A stretch of DNA of 64,000 nucleotides, taken from assembly GCA_977020255.1 (NCBI GenBank), contig CDROCS010001825.1, forward strand, positions 310,001 through 374,000, given 5' to 3'. The position numbers were made by a program, and so were the translations under genes. The stretch is from Obrimoposthia wandeli. Its lineage: Eukaryota. Below, in pieces: positions 50,991-64,000 of this stretch; the first letter of the stretch is position 1, and the number at the start of each line of letters is the position of its first letter. The notes beneath the pieces were generated by a model that was given only the letters and a program-made list of their open reading frames with translations, did no database searches and was not told the origin of the DNA.

Positions 50991-52958
50991 ACAATCTATT
51001 ACTGAAAATAAGAAACTGTAACAATATTGAAAAATTCAAGAAACAGCTGAAGACATTCCAATTCTGAAAATATTGCGAAAAATAATGAAAAATAGGAAGG
51101 GCTTTTAAGTAATACATCATAGATGTATTAGATATTAACGCTATATTAAATATATATTAAACATAATTTCTTTAAATCATCTAAAACGATTTTAGATAAT
51201 CTAATTTTCAAAAGCGTTCTGATATTTTCATCCGAATTTTTAAAGGAAATTTAAAAATGTAATGCATAATTTATCTATAAATCTGTCCAAAATTAAATGG
51301 CTCATGTGACTGTAGCCAAAATATCCTAGAATCAGTGGTGATTTTCCCAATTGAAGTCTGTTCAGTGTTTGCCCTCGCATAAAAGTTCACATTTGCTTTG
51401 CTAAAGTACCTCAATAATACCGTCCCCAAAACCCATGTAGAACATCAGTCACTATGTCTGCAGGAAATTGCACATATGTCGAATTTGCCATAGACGTGCA
51501 CTGACGCGTATGGGAGATAAATCTAGATTTCCGCTCCTCCACCTCTTTCTCCTAGTCAGTCAGTTAGGCAATCGTTATCGACACCGGGAAATTCGATCGG
51601 GAAGACCAATTGCTGGAGCCAATGCAAGTTTCTGCCATACTACTCGATATGTTCTGTCAAGTTTATTACTTCTTTAAATTTATTTGATTTTGATGAAGGA
51701 AAAACTACAGTGAATAGCTATTTCATTTAGATTTCATACAATTTTATCTAATTTTATCCAAATCGAGAATTGGATTTGTAGACAAACGAAATAGTAAGAC
51801 AGTTCAGAATTTGAGTTCATAAATTGGGTCGATATTGGACCAAAATTACTAGCTCATCATTTTTGTTTTGTCCGATTTCTAAGGGCCTCCCAGGACATTT
51901 CATGCATTTATATCCCAATATTTAAAAATAGAACTCAATGAGATAAAATCTAAATCATAAAAATAACAATAATTACATAATACGTATTGAACAATACAAA
52001 TATTTAAAGCACAAAAATAACCAAAATGACATGAATATTTAGTAATATTTCTTTATTAACTATTCGTTTAATGTTGATTGATTTAGTCTCTTTATTTTTT
52101 CACAACAAATAGTTTTTCGGAAATTACTAAGAATGTTGAAGAGGTTGATATACATAATTTCATTTGTTAGTAACAAAAAATCTGATTGTAACAATAGCTG
52201 AGTCTAATTCAGCAAAACATGGTTTAGTTGGACCTTCAACATTATCATCATCATACTCATCAGTATCAAATATTCAATTACAATATGGCCTATGTCATGC
52301 TGTTCAAACAGTAAACCCTCATCTACTTCTATTATTTCATTAAACTTTGAATTTATATTAAAATATTTCATAATCATTATCAATATCATCAGATTCCAAA
52401 ATTATCATATATAGATTAAATGAATGACTACAGCCATTGTTAATTGTAGTTACCATATTTTAAGAGTTAAAACAAATATTTATGCATTTTAGAGTTGTAT
52501 AACATAATAAATTTGTGATTAGTTGTTATAAAATGGCGAAAAAATAGTAATATGTGAATAATTATCATAAGAGGAAAAATTGTTATAAATGGAATGTTTG
52601 TTGCCTTATTATTAAAATTTCGTAATTTCTATTTAGAACTTGTTATGGTTATAATCGGGAAGTCACTGTATTTCTAATTAATTTTTATTTATTTAGTTTC
52701 CGCTTTATAAATTATGATGAAGTATACCAAACAGAAATAATAATTTATGTGCTTTAAAATAATTCATGATAAAAAAATTATATACGTTTGCAAAAATTAT
52801 TAAATAATATTTATCAAATTCCAAGTCATTTGTTTAGTATTACACTTTCTAAATTTAACTTTGATTTTAAATTACAGAAATAGAATTAGCTCCATAAATC
52901 GGTTGATAATATTTATTTTACATTATTAACTTCGTGTTAATTACTGAAATTATAAATA

Positions 52959-55900
52959 GTAGGTAGAATGATGGAGTCTAGATCACTTGAGTCCCCCCAC
53001 GAAAAGGGTCGGACTCAGTTTTGAGTTGTCTCACCATAAGGGGCGCGAGGGGTCAAGTGATCTAGACTCCATCCTTCTAATGGTCGGCCAACATACCCAA
53101 GGGGTTGTGGTCGTCCATAGATGAAAGGGTTGGGCTTAGTTTTGACTTGAAGGTTTGAAGGTATAATTGAGGTCAACTATGGTTGGCCATCACATCTAAA
53201 GGGTTGTGGTCGTCCATAAATCAAATGGTCGGGCTAAAGACAAAATCAAGTTTAAAATATCAAGGTTTTAGTACATGGGTGGAATCATCTTTAGAAGACG
53301 AATTCATCCATAAAGGTATGGTCGTCCATAGATGAAGGGTTAACAAAACGTTTTTAAAATTTTAAAAATATATATATTTTGTGAGGATTATTATCTTTAT
53401 TAATGTCACCAGTTACACTTTCAGCCATACTCTCTAACTTAGTTCATTTACATATACATTCGATATTACTAACTTTTAAAAAAAAACTTACTCTTGTTAT
53501 CACTTAGCATTATTTTCAACCATATGCACTATCTCATTTATTTACATTGGGATTTACATTTACATTCATTCATACCTTTCTAACGACTTACTTGTCTATA
53601 GTTTCTTCTTACATTTAGTACTATTTTCATTCATACCATCAAACATAGTATTGTTTTCTATTAATCTTGTCGTAACTTAGTCATTCTTACTTTTAACATA
53701 ACTCAGTATCACAGCTTCTTACAGTTGCTTACTTCTTATTAATCTAACTGTAACTTAACATAACTTTTATTTATACGAATACTCTATTTTAATTTATTTA
53801 TAGTCTAAATTATACTCACATTCAATCATACTCTCGATACTCTTTATTTTCTTTAAAATTACATTCACTTGCTTAGATTCTCACTTGTCTTTGCATTCAC
53901 TTGAATTCATACTTGCATTCATTTACATTCATTCTAACTCTCATTTATTTAAACTAGCATTCAATTCATTAATATTTTTACTAATTTTCATTCATACTTG
54001 TACTTGACATTCGTACTTGCAATCGTATTCTTTCTTACTTGTACTTGTAGCTACATTCATAGTTGCATTCATTTACATTCATTTACATTCATTGTTAATT
54101 GTACTTTCTTTATTTATATTTACACTTGTATTAATTCATACAATCGATAATTCATTTTATTTGTTGTCACAAGAGATTTTTAATATTTTAGAAAGTTGAA
54201 AAATAAATAGAAATACTAAGTTGTTAATCGAATATGTACATAATTTGATTTATTTACATATAAAACATTATAATTAAAGATTTGGTATTCTAATTTATAA
54301 ACAGAACTTCAGTAACTTTCAGTAACTTTGAATAACAAGTGTTTGCAAATTAAGTTACAATATTCGATACAAATAGAAAATATGTATAAATTAATTTTTG
54401 CAGTTTTAAAAATAAAATATATTTTTTAATATATTTTCGAATATATAAAGTGGCAATTAGATAATATTAATACTCAAATTATATAAATATATTTTTAGCC
54501 CTGTTCTTTGAAAATAAAGAATTCAAATTTATCACATTTAAAAAAAAATCTATTAAGGAATGTTATCAAATGAGATAAGGAATTTTTAATGATTTATGTG
54601 TATATGTGAATGAATTTTTGATCTTTATATCATATGAAAATAACAATATGTGAAAATAAAATTAACATGTGAAAATTCACATCTTAATTATTATAATTTC
54701 ATCAGATTGTTACATCAATTTCATTGATTGATAGTATTAATTTAATAATTAGCTAGCTAGTAAATCTTTTTTTTTCACATGATCCTTAATTTTATTCATC
54801 AAATTCCTTATTTATATTAAGAAAATTAATAAAACATTTGCCTAAATTTAAATATTTATCATAAATAGTAAAGTATTTTGAGGTTATTAAAATAATTTTG
54901 CCTAACATTTATTTTAAATAATGATAATTTAATATTTTATTGTTTTAATATTTTATTTTAACAAAAAACTAACAAAATAATTCGGCACAAATTTAAATCA
55001 AAATATATTATTATTTTTGAAATTACAAGTATTTTTATTCATTTTTCATCAGGACTCCATAATTTTATTAAACACAATTGTTTAATTACATTATTAACAT
55101 TAATAAAAATTTTGCGTAAATTTAAATATTTATTTAAAAATATATATTAGTAAAGTATTTTAAGTATATTTAATTTTTTTAAATATTTATTTAAAAAACC
55201 TGTAAATTAAAATTTGTTTAAATTTTTCAAAAACTAACAAATTAAATTGGCCCAAATTTAAAAATAAATTATTATTTTGAAAAAATTACAAGTATTTTTG
55301 TTTTCCACAATTATTTCTTAATTTTATTAAATAAAATTGTTTAATTACATTAATAAAATAAATAAAAAATTGCGTAAATTTAAATATTTATGAAACGAAA
55401 TGATAGTAAAGTATTTTGAGTTTATTAGGAATTTTTCTTAATATTTATTTTAAATAATGATACTTTAATATTTTATTTTAAAAATTCGTTAAATTAAAAA
55501 TTGATTAACTTTAACAAAAATAACAAAATAATTTGGCAAAAAATTTAAATTTAAAAATATTTTTATTTTTGAAATTACAAGTATTTTTATTTTTCATCAG
55601 GATCCCTTAACGTATGCTTAAATAAAAATTTGTTTAACTTTAACAAAAATAACAAAAATAATTTGGCACAAATTTAAAATAATTATTATTTTTAAAATTA
55701 CAAGTATTTTTAAAAAAAAAATTTATCAGGACCTTTTAATTTTATTAAACAAAATTGTTTTCACATAGCGTAATACATTCCTTAACTGATAAGAGTGAAC
55801 TTTGATTACATTTTCACATATAATAATTGATTGATTACTATAGGATTCCTTAACTTATGCAAATCTGAACCTTAACTTGTGGATGACCATAAATTTTTTA

Positions 55901-56692
55901 CCATGTACTTAAAACTATGAAATTCCAACTTTTTTTAACCCTTCATCTATGCTTCACTTGCTTTTGTCTATAGCCAGACCCCTTGATTTATGGACGACCA
56001 TACTTTTATGGATGAATTTGCCTTCTAAAGATGATTCAAACCATGTACTAAAACATTGACTTTGTCTTTAATACGACCCTTTGATTTATGGACGTCCATG
56101 ACCATTTAGATGTGATGGACAACCATAGTAGACCTCAATTATACCTTCAAGTCTTCAAGTCAAAACTGAGTCCGACCCTTTCATATATGGACGACCACAA
56201 CCCTTTGGGTATCTTGGCCGTCCATAGATGATCATGACCATACCTTCAAACCTTCAAGTCAAAACTAAGCCAAACCCTTTCATCTATGGATGACCACAAC
56301 CCCTTGGATATGTTGGTCGACCATAAGAAGAATGGAGACTAGATCACTTGACCCCTCCCCCTCCCCCTCTCCCTCCCCTATATCATAACCTTTCTGAGCC
56401 AGACCCTTTCATCTATGGACGACCATTCCTTTATGGATGAATTTGGTTTCTAAAGATGATTCCAACCATGTACTAAAACCTTGATATTTTAAACTTGATT
56501 TTGTTTTTAGCCCGACCCTTTGATTTATGGACGACCATGACCATTTAGATGTGATGGCCAACCATAGTATATCTCAATTATACCTTCAAACCTTCAAGTC
56601 AAAATTGAGCCCAACCATTTCCTCTATGGACAACCAAAACCCCTTGGGTATGTTGGTTGACCATTAGAAGGATGGAGTCTAAATCACTTGCT

Positions 56693-56738
<46 letters not shown>

Positions 56739-57196
56739 ATCAGCGCAAGCTAATGACTTGCACTTACTAGGGATTCCTCGTTCATGTGGAAAAATTGCAA
56801 TCCACAATTCCTGATACGACAGTGTTTCAGCAGGTTACCCGGCCATTTCTAGCTAGGATTGAATACTCGCTGATACTGCCATTGTAGCGCGCGTGCGGCC
56901 CCGGACATCTAAGGGCATCACAGACCTGTTATTGCTCCATCTCATTTGGCTAAAAGCAATTGATTCCTCTAAGAAGTCAATTTGTGCTACTTATCACACA
57001 AATACTCGTTCGTTATCGGAATTAACCAGACAAATCACTCCACCAACTAAGAACGGCCATGCACCACCACCCACTGAATCAAGAAAGAGCTATTAATCTG
57101 TCAATCCTCACAGTGTCCGGACCCTTATGGTGAGACAACTCAAAACTGAGTCCGACCTTTTTCAGGGGGAGTCATGTGATCTAGACTCCATCCTAC
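52959..57196. mobile_element. Non-autonomous foldback/MULE-like DNA element, 4238 bp, in iGluR intron 1
   Basis: Termini GTAGG...CCTAC flanked by 8-bp direct repeat TATAAATA (52951-52958, 57197-57204); left arm 52959-53340 is inverted relative to 56403-57196 (minus rDNA insert); a second degenerate arm copy at about 55935-56380; AT-rich internally repeated core; no transposase ORF. Superfamily assignment is inference. Confidence 0.85.
56691..57123 (-). pseudogene. 18S rRNA gene fragment (3' major domain) embedded in the TIR
   Basis: Contains GACGGGCGGTGTGTAC (56707-56722), AAGGGCATCACAGACCTGTTATTGC and CCACCAACTAAGAACGGCCATGCACCAC, all reverse-complement universal 18S motifs; 433 bp, no flanking rDNA. 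Confidence 0.95.
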
Positions 57197-57499
57197 TATA
57201 AATAATCGCTAAAAAATAAACAAAATATTTTCAAAGTTAAACGTATTTTTCATTTTATATTTATAAAAATATGTATTAATATTTATTTTTAAAATTGTAA
57301 GTTATACTGTAAAACTAAATATAAGATTTTATTACTAATTTATTTCGTTATAAATTAATCATTAGAACCTACCATTTTTAAAGTCGATTTGGAAAGCTTT
57401 CGTATAGCGGTTGATGCCCGTTTCTATAGGATCGTACCAATCTTTTAAAATCGAGTTTTCAGCTCTTTTAAGTAATTTTATCGAACTTTATTCATATAA

Positions 57500-58000
57500 A
57501 TTAGTTGAAATAGAACTCCTCAGACATTTTCAATTATATTAAAATACGTGGATAATGCTGGCCACTCGATATTAGAACGAATGACATGTGGACGGGCATT
57601 ATCTTGTTGAAAATAAGACGAACTTTGGTTGGCTTTATTTAACAACCTATCAGTTAATATCTGAACATTGAAAAATTGTTTAATATTACTTCCAACAAAT
57701 ACAAGTTGTCGAAAACTATCCTTCAATATTATTGCCATACCACTCTACCAGAAAGTTTTGTGGCTTCCAAAAATGGTTCTTTGGCTCTGAGGATGTACCA
57801 AAAGTTATTATATTCATCAGACCTATTCAAACAAAGTCATTTTTGTCTCAAAATAGAATTGGTTGCCAAAATCTGGAACTTCAAGAAGAGTACTTACAGC
57901 AAAATTATTTTGGTTTACTTTGTGATGGTTTTTCCGTATTTTGCCAAATTGTTTTCTTTTTACTCTACAATATGGACTTATTAATGACCCTACAAACTGT
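57500..58000 (-). mobile_element. Tc1/Tc3-type transposase relic
   Basis: FQQDNARPHV...IEWPALSTYFNIIENV; upstream FWYILRAKEPF...GRVVW. Confidence 0.75.
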
Positions 58001-59277
58001 CATGAGACTTTATTACTCGAGGGTTACGAGAAGCTTGTCTAGTTAGATATTATGGACTTTGGCATCTCGAATAATTTGACGACGCTCTCTTTCTCCATCT
58101 TTCACATTTCTCTCTCATCTTTAAACTTCACTCCATAATTATTCGGGGATTTAAGAAAATTTCAAATAGTGACATGACTTCTGTTCGATATTTGATAAGG
58201 ATTTTCTTTAAAGATGTTCTTTAATCCAGCTATTGATAAATGTTATAAAATTATGAATTCTACTGCATAACGTATAGATCATAATAATTCCTAAATTATT
58301 ATTTCTTATCAGAACCAAATTCATAATATCAACCAGTTTCCTACCATAAATTCACAATATCACCACAAAGCATTCATAAACCTTCATAAACTTTATTTTC
58401 CGCATATATTCCCTAATCTTTATCGCTATATTTACTAAATAATCAAAATCCTGACCCTTTCTCTAATTCTTTCTGTATCTATTTCATTTAATTCATCCAT
58501 TATTGTTCTATTTTTATTCACTATCAATTACACTCACCTCTATGTTTTCCTGTTAATATCCCACTTATGTCCTAAAATTTCCAGCTTTTTCAGGATCTTC
58601 GTTATTTGCCTCTTATGACCCTTTGTTGTTAACAATTTTATTACTAACTCCCTTTAAACATCAAACTCTCTTATTTATTTAAGTTCTTCTAATTTTCTTC
58701 AAAATGCTTTCCTTATCAAATTACCTTCTGTCACAAACCTTTTCCACTCTCATGACCATATTTTTGTTAGCCTTCTTATCAAAGCTCTTTTATCACTGTC
58801 GTTTTTTGTCACACTGACTCGCATCTCCAGTCGAGACCCCGAATCCAACTGGCGTTGCCACGGTCGTCAAACATTCATCACCACTTTCCAAACAATCATC
58901 ACTCAAATGCCTATTGAAATCTCCTCATCCAGTTGCAAAATATTATTCAATTGTATCACAAACCCCAGGAGCGCAACATACATTGGACGAAATTGAAGGA
59001 GATTAGCTACATAAATTTCTAATTAGGAGATTATTTGGCAAATCCAGCTTGTGTTGGAGATTTTATCGGGTTTTATATGAATTCATTATTGAATTTGATT
59101 TGTTTCGAGATTTGTCTAAACAAATTTCAACTACATATAAAAATGTATCATTTCTCACAACAATAAAATGATTCTAATAATTATTAATTATACTTTTTCC
59201 TAAAATCAGGATGAAAAATCTGAAAATTTATATTGCATTTAAACTTAGTATATAGGTAAACTGATAAATAGTTCACC

Positions 59278-59370
59278 CACACTGACACACACCACAGTAA
59301 ATCACAACTCCCTTCACACTGACACACACCACAGTAAATCACAATGCTCTCTACACTGACACACACCACA
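59278..59370. repeat. Short tandem repeat, about 37 bp x2.6, about 50 nt upstream of the iGluR exon 2 acceptor
   Basis: cacactgacacacaccacagtaaatcacaa repeated. Confidence 0.85.
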
Positions 59371-59423
59371 TCTTGATCTCTTACATATTCTATCTCATAA
59401 TCCCAATTATATTCTCCATCCAG

Positions 59424-59603
59424 GAGCTGTCTTCAGCTCCTTTCAAAGCCAGGAAGAGCTGGCCTTCAGAGCCGGCATCAAGGAGGCCAACCGTATGTTG
59501 CAAAATCATCAGTCTGATTTCATGGATAAGCAGATCAGATACGAGTTTGTGGCAAATGTCACAAGTGTCGAAGAATTTGACAGCTTCATTGCTTCTCAGA
59601 AAA
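59424..59603 (+). CDS. Second coding exon: LIVBP-like amino-terminal domain of probable iGluR
   Basis: (G)AVFSSFQSQEELAFRAGIKEANRMLQNH...FDSFIASQK; EELAFR and DSF.AS.K resemble kainate-like ATD; ctccatccag acceptor, A|gtaag donor; subfamily not resolvable. Confidence 0.78.
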
Positions 59604-62019
59604 GTAAGATAGTTTATTTAGTTTTTCTTAGAAATAGGTAAAAACGGGTTTTTAAGGGCCTGTATATGATTTCAATAAATTTATGTTCAATTTTTAGATC
59701 AAAATATGTATCAAAGACTGCATTGAATGTTTATATTGTTGATTCACTGCAGAAATGTCAATAATAACTGAGCAGATAAATGATAAAATAAAAATTCCTG
59801 ATCAATATCGGATAACTATAATGAAGATTTGTTAGAGCTTAGGATAAAACGCCAATCTTATTCAAAATAAAGCTACAAGATTAGTGTTCTAAATAAAAAT
59901 TAGATACAGTATAACACAGTATCTTATAAAATGTATTTATATTCGTCAGATGGCTGATATGAAAAGAATATGTAACATATATTTCAAATACTATTTATAC
60001 TATTAACAAAGGTAGAATTCCAACTGCGTATCTTTGAATATTAAAATAAATCAAATTTAAATAAAAAATAGGTATTTGTAAGATTTGTAAGCGCTGCTTA
60101 AGATATGTTTATCAGCCGACTTTTTAGGAAGGCCTTTGGACCAGTATAAAGACTTATCCATTATAAATTCAGGTTTGTCTGTCGCCCAAGGGATGCCTTA
60201 ATAGCTGCGCTATAAGGTACTTGTAAAAATAGATTTTTTTTGCTGAAATAAACGATCAAATTAATTGTGTTTAAATACTCCTAAATTGTCAAAATTTCAA
60301 ACGAAACAGGATTTGACTTTTTTATAATTTTGTATGTAAGTTATACTATGTTTTTAATATAGATAATATAAATGCGTTTGAATTAATTTTTGTAAGATTT
60401 AAAAAAATATATTTAACCTTATTAAAATCACATTTTTAAATAACTTTAAAAAGCATATAATTTGAAATATTATAAACCTAAAATATAACCTTTTATTGTT
60501 TTCATTACCTATTTTCTATTTTACTCGATATATTTAGCAAATATTAAGTATGGATTTACTGTCAATTTAATATTAATAGAATAAAATTAAAACAAGTATG
60601 ATTGATGAAGACTGCTTCATTATAATATTTAAATGACTAATTGTAACATATTTCTTCAATCAGATATATATCTGAAAATTATACCTTAAAAATATTAATC
60701 TTTTATTATATAGTTTTAAAGAATAAATTATTTAATTTATGTACAGCATAGGGAAAGAAAATATTGAAGTTTTTGAGAATATTATTTTTATACTCATTGA
60801 AATTGCTCAATAAATTTTCCAAAAATAAAACATTTGTCAAAACTTTATTTTTTGTTGTTAATTGTTAAGAAATTTTATTCCAATCTTTGAAAATTTTAAA
60901 ACAAAATTACTAAAACATTATCTCAAAATTAGTACACATGTTTTATGTCATTTTACTATAAGCTTTTTGCATTCATTTAGTTATTCAGTTCAAAGTTTCA
61001 TTTTAAATGTTGAAAAGGGCTTCATTCTGGCTTCCAAGTATCGAAGTACATTTTTTTTTGTATAAATTATTTTATCTACACAAAGAACAGTAGATACTGA
61101 ATTAAAAATTTAATTGACGAATGGATTCGTGTCTTTCAGCCCTATCAAAATGACAAATTTAATTAAAATGAGCAACTGGATAGTTGAATGATTAATATGA
61201 TATTGAACAGTAGAAGTACATGGTTTTCTTCCCAAACATTTCCAAGTAATTTTGTCTAGACGGTTTTTGGAACTTAAATATCAAAATCTCAAATTCATAT
61301 GGATTAAAATAAATGTTTTTAAATGAATTTTTTTAGATAAATGTCATACAATCTTCTGTAGATAATCGATTCATCTTTTACAACAGGGAATAAAAATACA
61401 ACCAAACGTTATCTAAATTTACTCTTCAGCATAATTACTGGATTTCAAACAATTACTCTCAATTTTATGAAAGATATTTCATACGGGAATTTTGCTTTAA
61501 ACATATAGGCATCTTCAAAAAAACTCCAATATGGTGGTAAAGTTCTTTCAGTGCACAAAATTCAGGACGTGTCACTTTTTGCGACTAATCAGTTCAAAAT
61601 TTAGGATCAAGGATTTATATATTAATAAAAAGATTACATTAAGCCTAAAACTTTACAGAAGGTTTATAGTTTTAAAAAAAAAACCTTTCACGACCCCAAC
61701 TTGTGTTTTAAAGAAAAAAGTATTTTTTGGAAAGGTTTGAAGGTAAAAAGTAAAAGAATTTTAATAAACAATGTTAGGTATTTTCATTTGTCTATACGAA
61801 TATACACTTTATACCACTTTAACAGATGTCGGTTCTATATTGTAAATGCGCTAACTTGACAGAACTAAGATTTTTACAATTTAGACAGGAACATTTGACT
61901 CAGATATACAAATTTAACCAAGCCCCGTATTATAAAATATTAAAAATGTAATAAACTGATTACACCATTAGTGGTTTGCCATCCTAAGTTCATTGGGATC
62001 AAAATGACAGTATGTTTGG

Positions 62020-62240
62020 AATTTTGATGAGCTTTAAAAGTTGAAGCTTCTAAGCAGACATTTAAATGAGATCATGGACGGTTTAATGGATCTTATGTTA
62101 AGCGGTCTGGTATAACTATGTTTCCCAGTTTATGGAATTGGTTTAAATGGTTCGTCAGATCAAATGCTTTCTTGTCTAATCCTAATGAACTGTCGGACAT
62201 ACTGAGGTCGACCTCTTATATAACGAATGCCACTTTTTAT
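62020..62240 (-). mobile_element. Possible LINE RT relic
   Basis: LDKKAFDLTNH...HKL resembles D..KAFD.V.H..LL.KL. Confidence 0.45.
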
Positions 62241-62329
62241 CTGATCTAACCATGCCGTTTCTATTTTTAATGACATCCTAAAGCACAAAAGATTTGCTCA
62301 CGACTGAAATAGTAGTAGGCAGACAGGAG

Positions 62330-62760
62330 AGGGACGTGACCAGTCCCAAAGAAGGAACGACTAAGACATACCACATTAAGCTTCTCTACTGTTGATGACG
62401 TCTTCGTGTCTTGTTGGTGCATCGGCCGGATTTTGATGAGTCGCAATGAACTGTGTGTTTGTGCTTAGAACCCGAATTGCTATTAATATCCACCAGTCAT
62501 TAATTCTTGCTGGGATCTTCTTTAATTTCACACTCCACAAATCGCACAAAATAGTGTCTCTTTCAGATGCCAACCATAACACCGATGACAAGGCCTTGTT
62601 CCCTTGAATGTATATCTGCTCTTCTTCTTGGTCTGCATTACCGCAATGGTATTTCTAGTTAAGTCAATGGCCCAAGTCTGCTGCACTCATACAGTCCATG
62701 ACCAGGTTGGTGCATGTTTCTTGAGCACATTAGAACTCTGAAGGTAATTAACGACATACG
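62330..62760 (-). mobile_element. LTR-retrotransposon RNase H-like relic
   Basis: KIPARINDW...TQFIATHQNPADAPTR resembles PARI.RW...N.ADALSR. Confidence 0.45.
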
Positions 62761-62859
62761 GCCATTTCGGATGGATGCTGTGTAGTTTGTGATGTCATCG
62801 TTAGTGTGACAATTTTTCCTTTACATGATGATCTTTTGTGCAATAAGATCAATGGATAT

Positions 62860-63310
62860 TCCGTAATATTCGATAATGGGTACAGGTCTCATTTGTGACT
62901 TCGTTTCGTTGATTTTTAGTCGCCAAAATTTGAAAAACTTTGGGATATGATGCTACAGTTTGTGGTTGGGCTCTGCTATTATCAAAATATTTTCTATAAT
63001 GGCGATGTGACGCCAGCTAGCTATATCGAGATGGTCCGTGACAATTTGGTTCCAGCTTTTGAAGATAATGGATACACTTTTCCTCCAAATTTCAACAATT
63101 TGCAGCTGCCCACCCAGCATGACTACAAGGTGATGCCTGACGGAGATCTTCCAGGACCTGTGTGTAGGAAAGTTTGACTCTGACTTGACGTCGTGTGAGA
63201 CATTTTGAAATTACTTCCCATAAGACCCTGAATGTCAACAAATTGATGCCCATTGTCACACAAGAATTCCGTCAGCTTCCCCAAAATTGCTTCAAACTAT
63301 TAATCAAAAC
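62860..63310 (+). mobile_element. Tc1/mariner transposase relic
   Basis: NGDVTPASYIEMVRDNLVP, frameshifted FQQFAAAH, SDLTSCETF. Confidence 0.6.
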
Positions 63311-64000
63311 ACCCACTGACTTTATTTAGTATTGAAAAGATGGGTTAGCATGTATATCCTTATGCGAAATGAACATTCCTGTATTGTAATTATAAACTCT
63401 TAATTTTTACCCATTTCTATGTGGTAGTGACTGATGGAACACTGAAATTGTCCACGTTATAGAAAATTCATTAGACATTATCCACTCATAAACTCCTAGC
63501 TCTAGAGGGAGAGTTCGGACATCATGCTACGTAGATAATTAAAAACATTCACTTGAGGCTATACTTTATAAGATAGCCAAAGACCACACAGAATAGCAGA
63601 CGACTTTGAATTGATTTGATTATCGGTTTGTGCAATTTCCTCGGGACAGAGTATAACCATACAAAATTTGAAGATAATTCGAATATTCAGAGACTATTTT
63701 TCGTGATGTACCGATAGTTACAGAAAAAATGTGTTATATTTTGAATTCGATTTTATTGTGTAACGAACACCTGCATATAATTTTACTATTGCGCATCAAA
63801 TTAGGACTTCTTTAATGGCTGACTATAGGGGAGGATACGTTTTTGTCTCGAAACTGTATCTGGATATTTGAGGCTTCCACTTTCCTTATTACCAGAAATG
63901 TGATTACGAGTGAATTGATTTTTTGCTTTATGCCGTTTTTACTGCAAAAACAGAATCTTTATTCTAAATCCTTTTAAAGCAGAATTTTTCATCTAAAATT

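Noticed and set aside
56893-57096. 67-aa ORF
   Set aside because: Antisense reading of the 18S fragment
56691-57123. Functional rRNA locus
   Set aside because: Only 433 bp, bounded by transposon TIR sequence, probable internal deletion, no ITS/5.8S/28S adjacent
60165-60220. Candidate iGluR exon 3 (ttcag...gtactt)
   Set aside because: The required phase-1 frame hits TAA after 8 codons
62947-63177. Third iGluR exon
   Set aside because: Sequence fits a frameshifted Tc1/mariner catalytic region and lacks the expected Cys...GV.AI ATD motif

Overview
AT-rich animal (invertebrate) genomic DNA with GC-richer exons in transposon-littered introns; a flatworm-like origin is only a guess. Two + strand genes are supported. 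(1) A 5'-truncated protein 4.1/coracle-family gene: 14 exons from 1877 to 42248 join in phase through GT-AG junctions into about 880 aa, with the unusual order FERM(M,C)-FA-SPRY-SPRY-charged helix-4.1 C-terminal domain. Both SPRY domains resemble the DDX1 type. (2) The first two coding exons (48382-48457, 59424-59603) of a probable ionotropic glutamate receptor (signal peptide plus LIVBP-like N-terminal domain), continuing beyond the window. Other features: a 4.2-kb non-coding foldback/MULE-like element (52959-57196, 8-bp TSD) with a 433-bp 18S rDNA piece captured inside its right TIR; the right end of a second family member (1-1369) with a 253-nt hairpin at the equivalent position; two degenerate copies of the same 28S segment; a nearly intact DD37D (maT) transposon; many hAT, pogo, Tc1, Gypsy and L2 relics; several tandem repeats. 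All calls are manual translation and recalled family motifs; no database search was run, and relic boundaries are approximate.
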